Below the pieces are notes generated by a model. That model had not been told where the DNA came from. It saw nothing but the letters and a program-made list of their open reading frames with translations, and did no database searches. A stretch of DNA of 64,000 nt, from assembly GCF_035084215.1 (NCBI RefSeq), contig NC_090368.1:3596001-3660000 (forward strand). Reading direction: 5' to 3'. Numbering within the stretch: position 1 is the stretch's first letter; each line of letters opens with the position of its first letter. Origin of the DNA: Heptranchias perlo (Eukaryota). Made by a program: the position numbers and the translations under genes. Below, piece after piece: positions 11,901-24,446 of the stretch.

Positions 11901-14900
11901 ATGGGCTGAGTGCAAGGGCAAAGACAGGTGATGTTACAGAGGTGGGAGTAAGTGGTCTTTTGGGACGGTGGGGATATAGGGTCAAATACGTCGTGAACAG
12001 TCTGGTTCAGCCTGAGACAGTGGCCAGGGAGGCTGATGGAATCGGTGACTAGGGAACAGAGCTTGTGGCGATTGAGAACTGTGTGTGGATTTCAACCCAG
12101 AATCACTGGGTATATTCACGTGTGAGAAACCTCAGTGATTTTTACTCCCTACCCAGTGGTCCCAAGGCCCACTGAAACAGCGCGTATGGGCAGCAGTGGC
12201 AGAGATTAGCCAACTCAGCACAGACCAGTAACTGAATCTGGGACCTTCCGACCTGCATGGCTAGTACTACACTAGCTCCCAGGTGCTGTCAGAGGAGTGC
12301 AAGGTTTGATTATCACAGAGGAACAGATTACCCATGGGTCAGGAAGCCATCCTAATCGCCAGCGTCAAAGGGAACGTCTTACCCGCAGGGAGGTGAGCAA
12401 ACGGATGGTGCTCGCTCCGCAGTTTTGGATTAGTGTCCTGGGGATGACCTCCAGGGCATTTGCTACTGCACGGTACGGCCACTGCTCCACTCCGGTCATA
12501 GTCTTGGATTTTTCAGTCAGGGCGTGCGCTATGGCCATCTCCACTGCTCCGCCACCGGGCACCAGGTGCGGGTCCAGAAGTACGTTGCGAGTCACTTGCA
12601 TGGCGTCCTGGAGGTTACGCTCCACCTCCTGAAATAGAACCAAACAGTGAATCTACACACCTAACAAAACTACAGTAACTACTGACCTACACTGGCTCCC
12701 GGTCCTGCAACGCCTCCAATTTAAAATTCTCATCCTTGTGTTCAAATCCCTCCATGGCCTCGCTCCTTCCTATCTCTGTAACCTCCTCCAGTCCGATAAC
12801 CCTCTGAGATCTCTGCTCTCCTCCAATTCTGGCCCCTTGTGCATTCCCTACTCCCTCACCACCACCCCCCACCCCCACCATTGGCGGCTGTGCCTCCAGT
12901 TGCCTGGGCCCTAAGCTCTGGAATTCCCTCCCTAAACCTCTCCGCCTCTCTCTCCTTCTTTAAGACGCTCCTTAAAACCATGTTGGTAATTATCCTCCAC
13001 GTAAGCCTTAGCCCTAATCTCTTGTTCCTGCCCCATTCCCATATCCTTCAACCTCCTTAAGCTATCCTTAAATAGCGACAAGGTCGCTGCTTCAATCACT
13101 AACTCTAATTGTACTCCACAACCTCGCAACTATAAGAAAGGTTTCTTCTTCTCTCTGCCCTAAATCTCTTACATTTAATCTTGTATCTATGGCCTCACCC
13201 CCATAATCACTGAAAACACTGTTACTATCTGACCTGTCCTAACCCATTATAATTTTAAACACCTCTTATCAAATAGTCTGCATATTTATTAATACTCCTG
13301 GAGTGTCGATCCACTGCCCTGCTTACCGCCAGTATCTCTTTGCTCGCGCCACGCAGGAGAATGGTGCAAGCTTTGGGGTCTTTGCATTCGGTGATGAAAG
13401 CAAAATATTCATCGCCAATCTTCTTGATGTCAAACAGACCAGCGCCGGTGCCAATATCCTCCTCGCGCAGTTCGTCTGTCCGGCTAACAATGCGAGCACC
13501 ACAAGCCCTGCAAAAATAAATGATTGTGTAGACCTAGAGAAAATGTTTCCATGTGCGGAAATCCAAAATTAGAGGTCATAAATATAAGAGAGTCACTAAT
13601 AAATCCAATCGGGAATTCAGGAGAAACTTCTTTACCCAGAGAGTGGTGAGAATGTGGAACTCACTCCCACATGGAGTAGTTGAGGCGAATAGCGTAGATG
13701 CATTTTAAAGGGAAGCTAGATAAACACGAGGGAGAAAGGAATAGAAGGATATGTTGATCGAGTGAGATGAAGTAGGGTGCGAGGCAGCTCGTGCGGAGCG
13801 CAAACACCAGTTGGGCTGAACGGCCTGTTTCTGGGCTGTAAATTCTATGTCAAGATATGGAATCACTTTCACCCCAAGAGGGGTTCCATAATAAATTAAC
13901 CGCCTGCATTTGATGACTGCATCCAATACAAGTCTATGGGTAATATAAAGCCAAGAGGTGTACAAAACATTAATATTTTCACTTTTCAAACATGTATTCC
14001 AAACAGGATGGGAAAGTTCCAGAAACATTATACCCCACATGATTTACTGAAAATCTCTATCCAGCACGAGCCTCCCATTCCCTTCTCCCAATCGAAGGTC
14101 ACTGTACCTGGCAATTCGGTTGCTGTCACTCTTTTTGATGCGACGGATAGCTGAAATATTTGCCTTCATGAGGTAATGAAGGGCCAGGTCTGAGAGGAAG
14201 AGGAGGATAAATATTAAGTTGTGTTTGGCGTGCCCTGAAATAATTATTTTTTCCAAATACACTGTGAGCGAACCTGCCCAGAATTTGAGGGTTTTATTTT
14301 TGAAAGATAAATTAACCGCCTGCATTTGACGCTACTGACCGCAGCTAGTAGTGATGTACAATTTCAACCCTGAACCCATAGGTCAGCACACTTTCTTATC
14401 TTCAGCATAAGCATGCAGACACACCAAACTGGCCCTTGTTACAATGGCAGATCAGATACGCACGGTGAAGTGGGTATTTGCTGCCACCTGAACAAGACAG
14501 GATGATTCATTTACATTTGGGTAAACAAGACTCAGACATTGGCAGTCGATGGCACTCCAGTATTGGTAAAATTAACAGCTGGAATATTTGGGAACATTTT
14601 CAAACGAACTAGAACTGTAATAGTTATGCATTGAAACAGAGCTGTGTTAAAAACCATCGGGTAAAAGTTCCTGCTTACTCACTGCCCTCTGCAATCAGAC
14701 CAACCCAACCCCATCGACTTACCATGACATTAACTTGCATTTATATCGCGCTTTTAACGTAGTAAAGATGTCCCAAGGCGCTTCACAGGAGCAGTTTCAG
14801 ACACCGTTTGACCTCTCCCACAACATGACGAGACAGATATATGGCCAGTTTGAAGAGACAGACACAGCCACATCTACCCATCCTCAAACTGGGGCTAAAA

Positions 14901-17900
14901 ACACCAACACAGCCCAGGGGTCAACCGAAGCACACAAGATGGGCAGAAAGGAAACCAGGAAGGGTGGAAATGGCTCTGGGCTTTAATACTCAATGCCTAC
15001 ACGAAGCAGACACACTGAGGAACGCATCACAGAAGGAGTATCAGCCTGGCTCAGTTAGTAGCACTCATGCCTCTGGGCCGGAAGATTTGGGTTTGATCCT
15101 CACACCAAGGCTACAGGGTGACATTTCAACACAGTACTGAGAGAGTGCTACTTTGCATCTTCCTTCAGATGAGCTGTTAGGCTGAGCCAACCCATTCAGG
15201 ATGACGTTAATGCTGTTATGGGGAGATGCTGGGATTGATATTCTGGAGAGGGCCTCCTTCTTGCGATCTATTTGAACATGACAGATTCCACACTCAGTAG
15301 CATGTACAGTACCTGAGATGCCCTTCTCAGTGAAGAGGAGGTCAGGTTTAAAGCGGATGATTTCCTCACAGATCTGCTGAATATAATCTTCCTCCATCTG
15401 CAGGATGCGAGTAAAATCCTCCTCACGAGTGATCTCAATATCGGTCTGGAACATTAAGAGTGCAGGCAAAAACAATGATCGAGCAATTATTCCAACAACT
15501 AATGGTTTTGGATATTAAAAGTACCAGAGATAGTAGACATACCTTATCACTGGGAGATGATTATATAACAGGTTATCGGGTAGTTGGGGGGGAAATCGAT
15601 TAGCTCACCAAAATATTTGAGTGAGTCAAAGCACTGAGCTATACATTTTAGAAGACGCCAGCTTCCACCGCCTAGCTCCAAGTTACCCGATTGCAGTGGT
15701 AAGGGTCCTGCAATGCCCCAAGTGATTGAATGGCCAACACCCGCTGTCCAGGTTTACACATGAAGAAATGCCACTTGGATAAGGTACCTGAGCGAGGACC
15801 ATCTTCCCTCATGGGACATTATCTCAGCATCAGATGAGATGGGAAGGAGGGAGGGTCAGGAAGCCTGAATCACCAGAACAAGTAATTACTAAAGCTAAAC
15901 AGGTGAAAATGTATTGGCTGCATATAGTGACACAAGTCCCAGCCAGAATAGAGATAATTGGGTAATTCCCCCATCAATCATACCTAGTGACTGGGATCGA
16001 TTTTATGCATACAATTTGCATGTAACTCTCCTCCACTCATTGCATTTTGCTGGAGAAATAATCCTGTTTTTAAATCGAGACTCTTGGAGTTTCGGTCAGA
16101 TGTTCAGTTTGCTGTAGTGTGTAGAGACTCTGCTGTAAGTCCCGCCCCGTCTCCCAACTCATTGGCTCACACAGTGGTGTCAATACTCACTCCGAAATGT
16201 ACTTCCCCCTACCGAGCACTCAGGAATGCCGGCAGATGAAAACGCAAGCCTCGTACCTGGCTCTCTCCTTTCTTGTACTCCAACGAGCAGTCCAGCAACA
16301 TGATGCGGGGGTTCTTGATATGCCTGCGCATCCGTGGGTGGGTGACATCCTTGTTCATCATTACTCCTCGCAGCACGCAGGAGTCGTGAATGAAACCACC
16401 AGGAATCTGTCAACACGGGAGAAAATGGTTACTTCACCTCCATAAACAGCACCAGAATGATCCACTTCCACTCACCGCTCTAGAATCTCGATCCAGGCAA
16501 TAAGCGTATGAATGGCTGTGAATTTTCGGTGATGCTAACAATAAGAGAGTAAAGGTCTGCCTATCATTTGAAATATCACACCGTAACCTAATGAAAAAAT
16601 TCACAATGCAGGTCTCTTCCATTACCCCTCCTCATTACACAAGTACCTCAGCCATAAAGACCAGGAAGACTCAAATTCAATTGATGATCTGTGTTGAGTC
16701 AGTTGATCTCAGCCCGAGTGATGGTAAGAGTGTCAAAAAATGGCCGTAGTGCCTTCAGCCCAAGGGAGAAAAAACAAAATCAGCCTGGAACCCCACTAAT
16801 CAGTGCCCCCTGCTGGAAAGTACATGTGTTATATGCCAGACAAGGACAAAACTAGGTTTGGCTGCAATGCACCCCATGGTTGAATGCACTACAGAAACCC
16901 ACTTTCAAAGCTCACGTGACTAATTATAAATAATTTGGGCATGGCACTTGTGGAACAGTGCCTCAGCAAAGGTCAGCAGCTTTCAGGAGTTAAATCAAAA
17001 TGCACCCACTTTGTGCCACCTCAATCTCCCTTGCTTGGGACTGAATTATGAAGGAATGCCACCCTGCAAATCATGACAGCAACATCTAATAGACTGCTAC
17101 CCCGGAGGGTCAGTGGGCAAGTGCACTGCAGCATGCCATTCAGACCAGAGGGCCCCAGATTTGACCTTAGACTGTGCTGAGATTGTTAACCCGAGCCATA
17201 GCAGCAGATTACAATCAGCGTCAGCGCCCTGGGCTAGCAAGGGGGAAGGAAGAAAAAAAATTCAGCCTGGGCTCCTCCTCCCGATTGCTGTACCTTGACC
17301 CCTACCAGAAAGCGCACGAGGAGCCTGGACTCAGCTGGACCGGGGGGCGTGGTGAAAGAGTGGGGAGAGGAGTCCCAGCAGTTGAACAGCCCATTGGCAC
17401 ATTCAGTCCCAAATCACACGTGACGAACACCCAAAGGGCTGGAAATACATGTGGAACTGGAGCCCAGCAGAAGAGACAGGGAAAGAATCTGTAGCCTGCC
17501 ACTTGATCATCCAAGCTGCTTGGCAGAAGGTGCCTTGGATGCCGAGTGACAGGCCTAGGAGCCAGAAGAAATCCCAAAGAACAACTGTCCGGTTGCGCTA
17601 CTGATTCTCTACCCTCCACAAACTTGCCTTCTCAACCTTGGCGTACTTCTTGATGTCAATCTCCTTTCGGCCGTTTTCTTCAAACTCCACGGTCTTCACT
17701 GCATCGAGTGCGATGTTACAGGCCAGATCAAGCTGTAGGTTGGACACCTTGGTGTTGATGGCACTGTTGATAATTTTCAGCATCATTTCACGGTCATTGA
17801 CATCAACAGGAGTACTGAAAAGGAGGAGAAAAAAACTAAGCATCGCAGTGACAGATTTTATGGCAGTTGGTCAATGCTTCAGAACACAAGGTTAGACTTT

Positions 17901-20900
17901 TCCTCAAGTATCAGGCAGAAAACATTTTTTATAAAGACACTGGGACCACGAGGGGCAAAATATTTAAGGTTCCATAACATATTTAAACACAGGGTACTGT
18001 AGCGAGGCAAACCAGCATATTGCATTCAGTGCAGTACTGAGGGAGTGCTGCATTGTTGGAGGTGCCATCTTTTGGATGAGATTTTACACCAAGGCCCCAT
18101 CTGGCTATTCGGGTAGATATAAAAGACCCCATGGCATTATTTGAAGTGCAAAGAAGTTTACTTGGTGTCCTGGCCAGTATTTGTGCCTCAACCAACATCA
18201 CAAACAGGTTATCTGGTCATTTATCTCACCACTGTTTGTGAGACCTTGTGTGTAAATTGGCTGCTGTGTTTGCCTATGGAACAACACTTCAAAAAGCAAC
18301 TGATTGTCTGCGCGGTGCCTTTGGGTGCCCTGAGGATGTGAATGGCACTATTCCTACACCACAACAGTGACTACACTTCAAAAAGTACTTCATTGGCCGT
18401 AAAGTGATTTGGAACATCCTGAGGTCATGAAAGGTGCTATATGAATGTAAATCTTCCAGTCTTTCTTTCATATAAATGTAAGTTCTGTCTTATTTCAACA
18501 CCAGATGCGTGAAAAATAAACAGAGGCACCATACCTGATCTCCTTGAGAGTGGTAATCATGTCATCGAGTGCCTGGTGATATGCACCAATGATGACAGAT
18601 GGGTGCATCTGTTGCTGGAGGTATTGCTCTGCTACAGACAGCATCTCGCCAGCTAAAAGAAACGAAGTTACCTGAAGAGTTAGTCAAACACAGCCACCCC
18701 CTCCCTCTCATTTAACTGCAAATAAACAGGGTTTACAGTGACGTAATGTTCTGCTTCCACCAACTCTCTCCAGTGTAATTAGCATTATTAGTGGTTAGGA
18801 AGGGGTTGCACCATCTCATGGATACAGTATCGACAGGCCTGATGGTCTTTTCTCACTGTTCTGCTCTTTATCTGTCAGCTTCACCGGCTGCACTGAAAAT
18901 GCTGCTGGTTTTTGAATTGGACACCAGATTACTACTGCAGGGTGAAGTTTAGCAGTTTTGAGATGCACTGAAAGATAAATTTAGCAATGGCCTGAATGCA
19001 GCCAAGCAAATAAAGGAATTTCTCTAAATGTTGTTTAAGTGAGGCATTGAGGGAGGAGTATGTTCAAATATCTTAAACCACAGCCTGATCTGAACTCCGT
19101 AGTTACAACCTTGGAGGAGACTCAGACTAGGAGTACAATTCACAGCCCGCCACCAGCAGAATGTAAAACACCTGTAACTGTGTCCTTGGCCAGCTGTCTG
19201 TGTTCAACAAGATCGCACCCAAGCGGCCATTCTTCACATGTGCACCTGGACAGTGAGTATGAGCAGACTATTTAACCATGAGAGAGCACTGCAGCAAAGT
19301 CTAATCGCACTGTGTGCAATTTACAGTCAATGGATAGCGACTGGCTGGCTTTCTCCCCTCTCCCTGGTCTAGGATAGTAAGGCAGCATCCCCACCACTAA
19401 CTATGCTGAGATCACTTAACTCAGCACGGACCAGAGGCTGAACTTGGGACTTCACTATTCTGAGCCTTATTGGCTCTTTCCATGTGCAATTCAGGTGGTT
19501 TTTACACAGGTCAGGAATGCATCAGCACCTATGTGCACATACTAGGAATTCTGATTTCACGGGAGGAAAAAAAATTCACTCAAATGGAGGCACGGCCCCT
19601 GTTCACTGCAGTTTTAGGACCGAGCCCAGACAGTCAAAAGTTCCTTCAGCATCAACTGCAATCTCACGTACCGAGGATGATGACAGAGGTGGTCCCGTCT
19701 CCAACTTCTTCGTCCTGAGTGCGGCTGATCTCAATCATAGATTTGGCTGCAGGGTGCTGCACCTGAATCTGGGGGAATTCAACAGAATCCATGAGTGGTA
19801 GGGCAGCATCACCCCCTAAATCAGCACTCAGAGGCTATGAAGATGTTCACTGTCACTGCGCTGTCAGGATTAATAATAAATCAGGGGGAGGGAGTCAGCA
19901 CTTTCACTTCTCTGACTGACAGAATCAAAGTCTGTAAAGGTATTAAGTTTGGGGAGTCTCCATCCAGTCCAAGGCCCACAGCACAAAACTGCAGGGTGGC
20001 TGGTGTGGGAAATGGAAAAGCATCAAGTTGTGCACAAGAGTGTTTTTCTTGCAGGTTGGACCTGAGGCACACCGTCAGGGCAGAGTAGGGAGAGCTCAAT
20101 TCTGCATCTAACTGTGCTACACTTGACCTGGGAGTGACTGATGTCGATAGTGGGCATCCAAAACGGGAAACTGTTCCACACCCCAGCACTGCCATCCCAC
20201 ATCTTAACGTGTATAAAGTTAAAAAAAAAGTTTGTATGGGTAACCAATAATATTTCAATAAATTCTATTATTGGAGTATTTTTTTTAAAAAAAAACTCGT
20301 CTCCTGTTCAGGTCAGGACTCTAGAATTATGTGCAATAAAACTCAATTTGAAACAAAACATTTGCCCCTACCCACCCCAACCACAAGAGCACAAGCAGAT
20401 AAAGTAATACCAAGGCCTCTACCAACCTATAGCAGTTGTAGAAGAGCAGTGCAGGCCTGTGAAGCACTGGTGAGCACCTGTGCCCCACCACAGTGCACCA
20501 ATCCTTTAACAGGTGACACTACTAATGGGCCTGCCGTGTACTGTTAGGTTCTAACAGAAAGACAGACCCTGCTTGTGCCATATAATTCAGGAGACGGAGC
20601 CAATGAAGGGTTAAGAGACAAAAGCTGACCCAAACCACATTTCAAAAAATAGCAGCGTCCTTGGATCAGCACTACCGTAAACAGATTATGAAATATGTCA
20701 CCAGATCATCTTTAGCAGAAAAACACCCTTATGTTACAGCAGTTATAAAAAGGGCTACTGACCAGACAGTGGATGAAGTTCTCCTTCCCTTCTTGGGCGG
20801 AAACACTATCCTTCCTTGAAATTTTCTTCGTCTCATTCCCTCCTAATTCTCCCCTCTCCCGGAGTTGCTGACTCTTGCTCGGTTGGAGCTCCACACGTGC

Positions 20901-23900
20901 CAGCAGCCTACCGGTACCTCAATGAAGTAGCCCTAATCCGCAAGCACACCCAGAGAACCTTGTCCACTGTGCAGCAGAGCCGAAACACCCCACCCCTCCC
21001 ACCACCAGGCACCCACACTTTCCAGCAGGGTCCACTGGGCAGCGATCACGAGCAGGAACCCGAGCTGACTTTTCTTTCTGTCCCGCCCCTCAGCCAGTTG
21101 AAGTGCCCCAACTGTTGCCCAGGCTGAAGTCAGCTATCTCAGCATAGACCTGCGATCGAACCCGGAACCCTCTGCTCAGTGTAGGTTCATGGCCCAGACT
21201 AAGGGTATTCAAGCTTTTATCTGGGTGGACTACACGGGGGTCATATCCTGGAGCTTCAGAGCCATATATACAGTTTAAATCAACGTTCCCATTCATTTGC
21301 ATGCAGTTCAAGTTGGATGATATGAACAGATCTTGATGTTCGGATTTAAAGTGAATCGACCAATGAGAACAGCCCTTTGCAAATCTCCACCGCCACGAAA
21401 CTCAAACGAGATAAACCAGCAAATGAGAAACATAAACAAGTATATAGTATGAAGAATGTAGTCACTTGGGCTTCAAGGGCTACCTGTGCCCTTAGGCCAA
21501 ACACCCCTACCCTAAATTATTTTGATGTGGAGATGCCGGTGATGGACTGGGGTTGACAATTGTAAACAATTTTACAACACCAAGTTATAGTCCAGCAATT
21601 TTATTTTAAATTCACAAGCTTTCGGAGGCTACCTCCTTCGTCATTTTCACATCGTTCACCTGACGAAGGAGGTAGCCTCCGAAAGCTTGTGAATTTAAAA
21701 TAAAATTGCTGGACTATAACTTGGTGTTGTAAAATTGTTCTAAATTATTTTGAGAGAGGAGGAAGGTGGAGAAAGAGGAATGCTCTTTGTTTGATATTTT
21801 TTGAGCGATTCAGTGAGCAGCAGTCTACCTGAATCCAGGGCCTAATGCGAACACGGATTAAGTCAGACCGATTCCACCTACCTCTCGCAGAATGGCATTA
21901 CCGTCGTTTGTCATAACAATGCCACCCATGGGGTCCAGCAACATCTGGGGGGAGAAAATGACATCACATTAACTTCAATAATGCACTACAATACATCGAT
22001 TGCTGCAACTGCTCCTCCAATTTCTTACTCCTCCACTCCCAAAGGAAGCAAGACATGCCAGGGTATAGCTCGAAGAGCAGCAGCAGCTCTCAGTGTCTGC
22101 GTGTACGACTCCAAATGAGCTGCTTGCCTGTGAAGGTCCTGAAGGCCGAGCCCAATCTAGTGCACTGTATGGGGATGTGTGGGAATCCTGGCCTAAGGAT
22201 GCAGAGACTAACCCAGTCCCTGATCTGTGCTGAATTAGCTAATCTCAGCAAGGGCAGCTGGGCACCCTCACTGCGGCTCCAACAGGACCTAAACCTGGAC
22301 CCTCCCTGATCTGAATTGATCAGGGCCTCATGACACGACACACTCACCCCCAAATGAACCACCAGTTTGGGGAGAGGTGTGGCAGCAGAAGGAAGGCATC
22401 TGTAACTTTAGCAACATGGTGTACTGCTAAGCTTACTGGACTGTGGACTTTCCACATACTTACAGAACAAATATAAATATGAACAATGCATAAATTTGTT
22501 TGGAAATAATCACTTCAAAACTACTTCACTAACCCTTTTACTATACAGAAGTTTCAATTCCAAACAGATGCACTAACGGCAAGAGATTTTTATGCAGACA
22601 GAAGGAGCATTAAATACAGTTAAACAAAAACAAGTGCACTAAGAATTTTACAGTATGACAGCAGTCCCTTGACACCGATCTGCAACTGGAATAAGAGAAC
22701 ACACCATAGGGAGCTGGGGCTCTCGAGCTGAGTTGCCATTCTCCATAGCACACCAAAGCATCACCGCCTAAGCTCAATTGGCAAACGGCAGAATCGCCCA
22801 ACCTCAATACAGCCACCGTTTTATTCTTCATTCTATTTCAGAGCTGTAAAAATTCAAATTGAGTAGCCACAAACTTCATGACAGAGTACAAAAGAATTTT
22901 TAGGAACAGGAATCACTTGTCAGACCAAGCCCGCCCCTTTCCTAGTGATCTCAACCCCACCTAAACCCCCTTTCTCTCCCGAAACGCATCCAACTGCCTC
23001 TTGAACCCATTTATAATGGCGCTTCGATGACTTTCCCTGGTAGATTATTCCACTAGTCTTGGACCAGTGAGTTCTGCCCAACTTTCCCTCTTCCTCCTAA
23101 CTTGCTCATTTTTAAAACTTATGTCGCTACAGTTCAGCACTTTAGTGCACCACACCCTCAGCTCAAGTCCACTGTAACAGAAATGCTTGCGGTACCTTCA
23201 TCATCGCTCTTGGTCCCAGGCATGTTCGAATAACATCTGCGATCGTCTGAAAAATAGAAACACAAAAGGATCAGGTGCCGCTGAATACGGGTAACCATAA
23301 CTCTGGTAATCCACTGACATATTTTTGGTGCTGTTTTAGAGTCCGGTTGATTCTACACTGAGGTAAAGTTCCAAACCTTTTTGCCAACTAGCCATTATTC
23401 ACGTGTTAGCCTTGATGGCGAGTACTGCAGGCTAGTCAAAGCAAGGGGCACCACATCCAAGGGCAGGCCCTGTCGTGTCTTTGTCTGATCTGCGCCCCCA
23501 AAAGTGGGCACCGGGTCCCACTGTACCCCCCCCACAAAAGTGGGCACCGGGTCCCACTGAAGCCCCCCCACAAAAGTGGGCACCGGGTCCCACTGAAGCC
23601 CCCCCACAAAAGTGGGCACCAAGTCCCTCTGCACCCACCCCCCCACAAAAGTGGGCACCAAGTCCCTCTGCACCCACCCCCCCACAAAAGTGGGCACCAA
23701 GTCCCTCTGCACCCACCCCCCCACAAAAGTGGGCACCAAGTCCCTCTGCACCCACCCCCCCACAAAAGTGGGCACCAAGTCCCTCTGCACCCACCCCCCC
23801 ACAAAAGTGGGCACCAAGTCCCTCTGCACCCACCCCCCCACAAAAGTGGGCACCAAGTCCCTCTGCACCCACCCCCCCACAAAAGTGGGCACCAAGTCCC

Positions 23901-24446
23901 TCTGCACCCACCCCCCCACAAAAGTGGGCACCAAGTCCCTCTGCACCCACCCCCCCACAAAAGTGGGCACCAAGTCCCTCTGCACCCACCCCCCCACAAA
24001 AGTGGGCACCAAGTCCCTCTGCACCCACCCCCCCACAAAAGTGGGCACCGGGTCCCACAGTCGCCCACCCCCCCTCCCCTTCCCAGGACCCCTCAGCTAA
24101 GGGGAATGGGTGTGACTGGATTAACATCTCCCGGTCAGGCTCCAGGCCCATGTGCCGAGGCCTCGCATTATCCCGGGTCCAAGGGGCCTCACCTTAGCCG
24201 CGTTGATGTTCCCCTGCTGCACTTTGCGGCCCGACTCCCGCTTGATGTTCTGACCTGAAAGAAAAAAAAAACAGCGAGACCGGGGGGGGGGGGTGTGTGG
24301 GCATTAGAAACCGTGATCGGTGCGTGTGTATAAATATATAAATATAAAATAAAATAAATCAAAGAAAAAAAACCCCGTCAAGCGGTCGCCGTTAACCGCG
24401 AGGCCGGTTCGCACTCACTCAACACCAGCACTTGCCGCCCCAACAT
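8852..24446 (-). CDS. CCT3: CCT3, T-complex protein 1 subunit gamma, whole gene (14 coding exons, 1629 nt, 542 aa)
   Basis: All exons splice in frame; motifs TCLGPRAMMK, TNDGNAILRE, GDGTTSV, VPGGGAVEM, LLLRIDDIVSG. Confidence 0.98.
11207..11338 (-). CDS. CCT3: CCT3 exon 13
   Basis: AKHTQEACQTWGVNGETG...GIWEPLAVKAQTFKTSVE. Confidence 0.95.
12383..12628 (-). CDS. CCT3: CCT3 exon 12
   Basis: EVERNLQDAMQV...VPGGGAVEM...IRLLTSLR. Confidence 0.95.
13327..13507 (-). CDS. CCT3: CCT3 exon 11
   Basis: ACGARIVSRTDELREEDIGTGAG...ACTILLRGASKEILA. Confidence 0.95.
14108..14189 (-). CDS. CCT3: CCT3 exon 10
   Basis: DLALHYLMKANISAIRRIKKSDSNRIAR. Confidence 0.95.
15313..15445 (-). CDS. CCT3: CCT3 exon 9
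   Basis: TDIEITREEDFTRILQMEEDYIQQ...TEKGIS. Confidence 0.95.
16257..16406 (-). CDS. CCT3: CCT3 exon 8
   Basis: IPGGFIHDSCVLRGVMMNKDVTHPRMRR...EYKKGESQ. Confidence 0.95.
17115..17470 (+). mobile_element. Second, older SINE-like family (unnamed)
   Basis: Shared blocks such as CTGTGCTGAG...GCCCTGGGCTAG...AAAATCAGCC; diverged copies near 16650-16930, 19200-19460(-), 20900-21200(-), 36130-36400, 43600-43830, 59790-60010(-). Confidence 0.55.
17628..17814 (-). CDS. CCT3: CCT3 exon 7 (GC donor)
   Basis: TPVDVNDREMML...IKKYAKVEK then AAG|GCAAGT. Confidence 0.93.
18535..18652 (-). CDS. CCT3: CCT3 exon 6
   Basis: AGEMLSVAEQYLQQQMHPSVIIGAYHQALDDMITTLKEIS. Confidence 0.95.
19672..19768 (-). CDS. CCT3: CCT3 exon 5
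   Basis: IQVQHPAAKSMIEISRTQDEEVGDGTTSVIIL. Confidence 0.95.
21512..21753. mobile_element. Penelope-derived palindromic insertion with 79-bp inverted arms and 14-bp target-site duplication
   Basis: Arms 21565-21643 and 21661-21739 are exact reverse complements; CTAAATTATTTTGA at 21512-21525 and 21740-21753. Confidence 0.85.
21655..21693 (+). ncRNA. Minimal type I hammerhead ribozyme motif (Penelope type)
   Basis: UUCAC-CUGACGA-A-GGAGG/UAG/CCUCC-GAAAG-CUU^GUGAA; stem I UUCAC/GUGAA. Confidence 0.65.
21882..21944 (-). CDS. CCT3: CCT3 exon 4
   Basis: MLLDPMGGIVMTNDGNAILRE. Confidence 0.95.
23196..23246 (-). CDS. CCT3: CCT3 exon 3
   Basis: TIADVIRTCLGPRAMMK. Confidence 0.95.
23495..24060. repeat. 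Minisatellite in CCT3 intron 2: ~11 x 39-bp units plus 36-bp variants
   Basis: Unit CCCCCACAAAAGTGGGCACCAAGTCCCTCTGCACCCACC repeated near-perfectly. Confidence 0.97.
24193..24254 (-). CDS. CCT3: CCT3 exon 2
   Basis: QNIKRESGRKVQQGNINAAK; AG/GT. Confidence 0.95.
24419..24446 (-). CDS. CCT3: CCT3 exon 1
   Basis: MLGRQVLVLS; GTGAGT donor. Confidence 0.92.

Noticed and set aside
8951-23195. Intronic snoRNAs in CCT3
   Set aside because: No convincing RUGAUGA...CUGA pair with terminal stem on the sense strand; H/ACA RNAs cannot be excluded by eye
23395-24197. Five long repetitive ORFs (162-240 aa), and a superficial CRISPR-like look
   Set aside because: Product of a 39-bp minisatellite in CCT3 intron 2; no unique spacers; eukaryotic context
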